Below are positions 62,178-64,000 of a stretch of DNA of 64,000 bases, piece after piece. Under the pieces are notes generated by a model that worked only from the letters and a program-made list of their open reading frames with translations, was not told the origin of the DNA and made no database searches. Source of the DNA: Candidatus Kapaibacterium sp. (GTDB taxonomy: Bacteria > Bacteroidota > Ignavibacteria > Kapaibacteriales > UBA2268); assembly GCA_938031175.1 (NCBI GenBank), contig CALHGZ010000004.1, positions 1,527 through 65,526 of the forward strand, read 5' to 3'. Made by a program: the position numbers and the translations under genes. Positions within the stretch are counted from its first letter, which is position 1, and the number at the start of each line of letters is the position of its first letter.

Positions 62178-63311
62178 ATGGAAATTAAAGAAAATATTTG
62201 CTTAGTTGAGAAACAAGATACTAATTTATTTATTCATTTACAGGGTGATGTTATTATCCAGAATGCAAAATATTTCTATGAATGTCTTGATAGTATTACA
62301 ATAGAAGATATAAAGAAAATCACACTCGATTTTTCAAAGATCAAAAATTATGATACTTTTCTCTATCTTTTTACAATTCGACTTGAAAAGCTATGTAGAG
62401 CAAATAACCTTGCATTCGAAAAGCTTGGCTTAAGAATGGATATGCAAGATTTTTTAAATGTTTTAGCTGCAAAAAAAACTAAGGAAGAAGAATTAGCTTT
62501 TACAATGAATCCATTAATTGCTCAAATTTCATCTATTGGTAGCGGATTTGTAAGAGTGATCAAAGATTTTTATGAGTTTACAGCATTTGGCGGTGAGCTA
62601 TTTTTACATTTTCTTAAGTTACTTATACATCCACGAAGCATCCGTTGGGAAGATTTTCCTTTTTTATTTATGCGTGTAGGAGTATCGGCATTATTCATTG
62701 TACTTTTAATTGTATTTCTCATTGGGATAATAAGTGGGTATCAGGGAGCTATTCAACTCAAAGAGTTCGGAGCTGATATTTATATAGCTGATTTAGTAGG
62801 TATTTCGATAACAAGGGAATTATCGCCATTGATGGCAGCAATTATAGTCGCAGGCCGTTCAGGTTCAGCTTTTGCTGCCGAAATTGGCACTATGAGAGTA
62901 TCTGAGGAAATAGAAGCGTTGAGGTCAATGGGATTCAATATATTTGAATTTATTGTTATGCCTCGAGTTTTAGCTGTAATGCTTGCTCTACCATTACTTG
63001 TTCTGCTTGCTGATGTAGCTGGAATTTTTGGTGGAATGATTGCTGCAATAACTACATTAGATATCTCTGTAATATCTTATCTAAACCAACTTCAAAAAGC
63101 ATTAACATACGAGCATATTTTTACAGGGGTTGGTAAAAGCGTCGTTTTTGGATTTCTGATTGCAACAGCTGGCTGCTTCAGAGGGCTTCAGGTTTCAGGA
63201 GGAGCTGAAAGTGTCGGGAAATATACAACTGCATCAGTTGTAATGTCGATTTTGCTTATTATAATTTCAGATGCAATATTTACCTTTTTGTTTCAGGCTC
63301 TGGGGATTTAA
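62178..63311 (+). CDS. mlaE: MlaE-family lipid ABC transporter permease with N-terminal STAS domain
   Basis: RELSPLMAAIIVAGRSGSAFAAEIGTM, EEIEAL, GAESVG. Start at ATG 62178 is likely; the ORF track gives TTG 62145. Confidence 0.92.
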   Translation: MEIKENICLVEKQDTNLFIHLQGDVIIQNAKYFYECLDSITIEDIKKITLDFSKIKNYDTFLYLFTIRLEKLCRANNLAFEKLGLRMDMQDFLNVLAAKKTKEEELAFTMNPLIAQISSIGSGFVRVIKDFYEFTAFGGELFLHFLKLLIHPRSIRWEDFPFLFMRVGVSALFIVLLIVFLIGIISGYQGAIQLKEFGADIYIADLVGISITRELSPLMAAIIVAGRSGSAFAAEIGTMRVSEEIEALRSMGFNIFEFIVMPRVLAVMLALPLLVLLADVAGIFGGMIAAITTLDISVISYLNQLQKALTYEHIFTGVGKSVVFGFLIATAGCFRGLQVSGGAESVGKYTTASVVMSILLIIISDAIFTFLFQALGI

Positions 63312-63319
63312 TAATTATA

Positions 63320-64000
63320 ATGGACAATAAGATAATCGAAGTTAAAAATTTGTCAGTTTTCTACGGAAGTACAACAATCTTACAAAATATAGACTTCCAT
63401 ATATTGCGTGGTGAAATATTCATAATTGCTGGTTCGAGCGGCTGCGGCAAATCATCATTAATGAGGCAATTAATTGGTTTAGAAATTCCGTATTCCGGGG
63501 ATATTTTTATAAATGGGATAAATTTTACAAATTCAAGTCCTAAAGTCCGCAGTCAAATTATGCGAGATTTCGGTGTGCTATTTCAATCGAGTGGTTTGAT
63601 AGCTTCGATGACAATTGAAGAGAACATTGAATTACCACTTCGTGAATTTACAGATTTAGATGATGAGGACATATCTGAAATTGTAAAAGTTAAATTAAGC
63701 TTAGTGGGTTTGGCGGGCTACGAGGAATTTCTACCCTCTGAATTAAGTGGTGGAATGCGCAAACGTGCTGGCATTGCAAGAGCAATGGCTCTTGACCCAG
63801 ATATTTTGTTTTTAGATGAACCATCATCTGGACTAGATCCTGTAACTGCTGCTGCTCTGGATAATTTGATAATCAATATAAACAAAGCATTGAAAACAAC
63901 TATTGTAGTTGTTACCCATGACCTTTCAAGTATCTTCAATATTGGGCATCGGGTTATTTTGATTGATAAAAGTATAAATGGTATTATTGCTCAAGGGACA
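63320..64000 (+). CDS. mlaF: MlaF-family ABC ATPase (3'-truncated by the window edge)
   Basis: Manual translation from ATG 63320 gives Walker A GSSGCGKS, GVLFQS, ELSGGMRKR, Walker B FLDEPSSGLDP, VVTHD. Confidence 0.93.
   Translation, partial: MDNKIIEVKNLSVFYGSTTILQNIDFHILRGEIFIIAGSSGCGKSSLMRQLIGLEIPYSGDIFINGINFTNSSPKVRSQIMRDFGVLFQSSGLIASMTIEENIELPLREFTDLDDEDISEIVKVKLSLVGLAGYEEFLPSELSGGMRKRAGIARAMALDPDILFLDEPSSGLDPVTAAALDNLIININKALKTTIVVVTHDLSSIFNIGHRVILIDKSINGIIAQGT

Noticed and set aside
1103-63939. The many 60-170 aa alternative-frame or antisense ORFs in the track (e.g. 35776-36288, 20657-21052, 56313-56690)
   Set aside because: They lie within well-supported genes, have no recognisable motifs, and are expected shadow ORFs.
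1-64000. CRISPR array, rRNA, prophage or defence island
   Set aside because: No regularly spaced repeats, rRNA-like segments, phage genes or recognisable defence genes were seen.

Overview
AT-rich bacterial chromosomal window. The gene content suggests the Chlorobi/Ignavibacteria/'Ca. Kapabacteria' side of the FCB superphylum (inference): an ileS-dksA-lspA cluster, a T9SS-type C-terminal domain protein, PD40/OmpA proteins, many lipoproteins, and clear GGAG Shine-Dalgarno sites. Most of it is core genome: pyrG, feoAB-dtxR-CDF, tRNA-Thr(CGT), rpmH-rnpA-yidD-yidC, cobA/hemD, EF-G2, queA, radC, M16 peptidases, rsmB, apaG, nusB, mlaEF. The most notable region is a six-gene operon at 26263-32318, divergent from a glutamine synthetase-family gene. 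It encodes OTCase, carbamate kinase, an ATCase-like carbamoyltransferase with substituted aspartate-binding residues, ornithine aminotransferase, a cysteine hydrolase, and an arginine synthetase (ArcE/TK2200-like) homolog, but no arginine deiminase. This looks like an ATP-conserving arginine pathway with an extra, uncharacterised N-carbamoyl branch. Second, a two-gene unit encodes a receiver domain fused to a GcvH-like domain lacking the lipoyl lysine, followed by a transposase-fold protein that has lost two of three DDE residues. Third, two adjacent genes after tRNA-Thr are each split by a single in-frame stop. No CRISPR array, rRNA, prophage or intact IS was seen. All family assignments come from motif recognition by eye, not from database searches.
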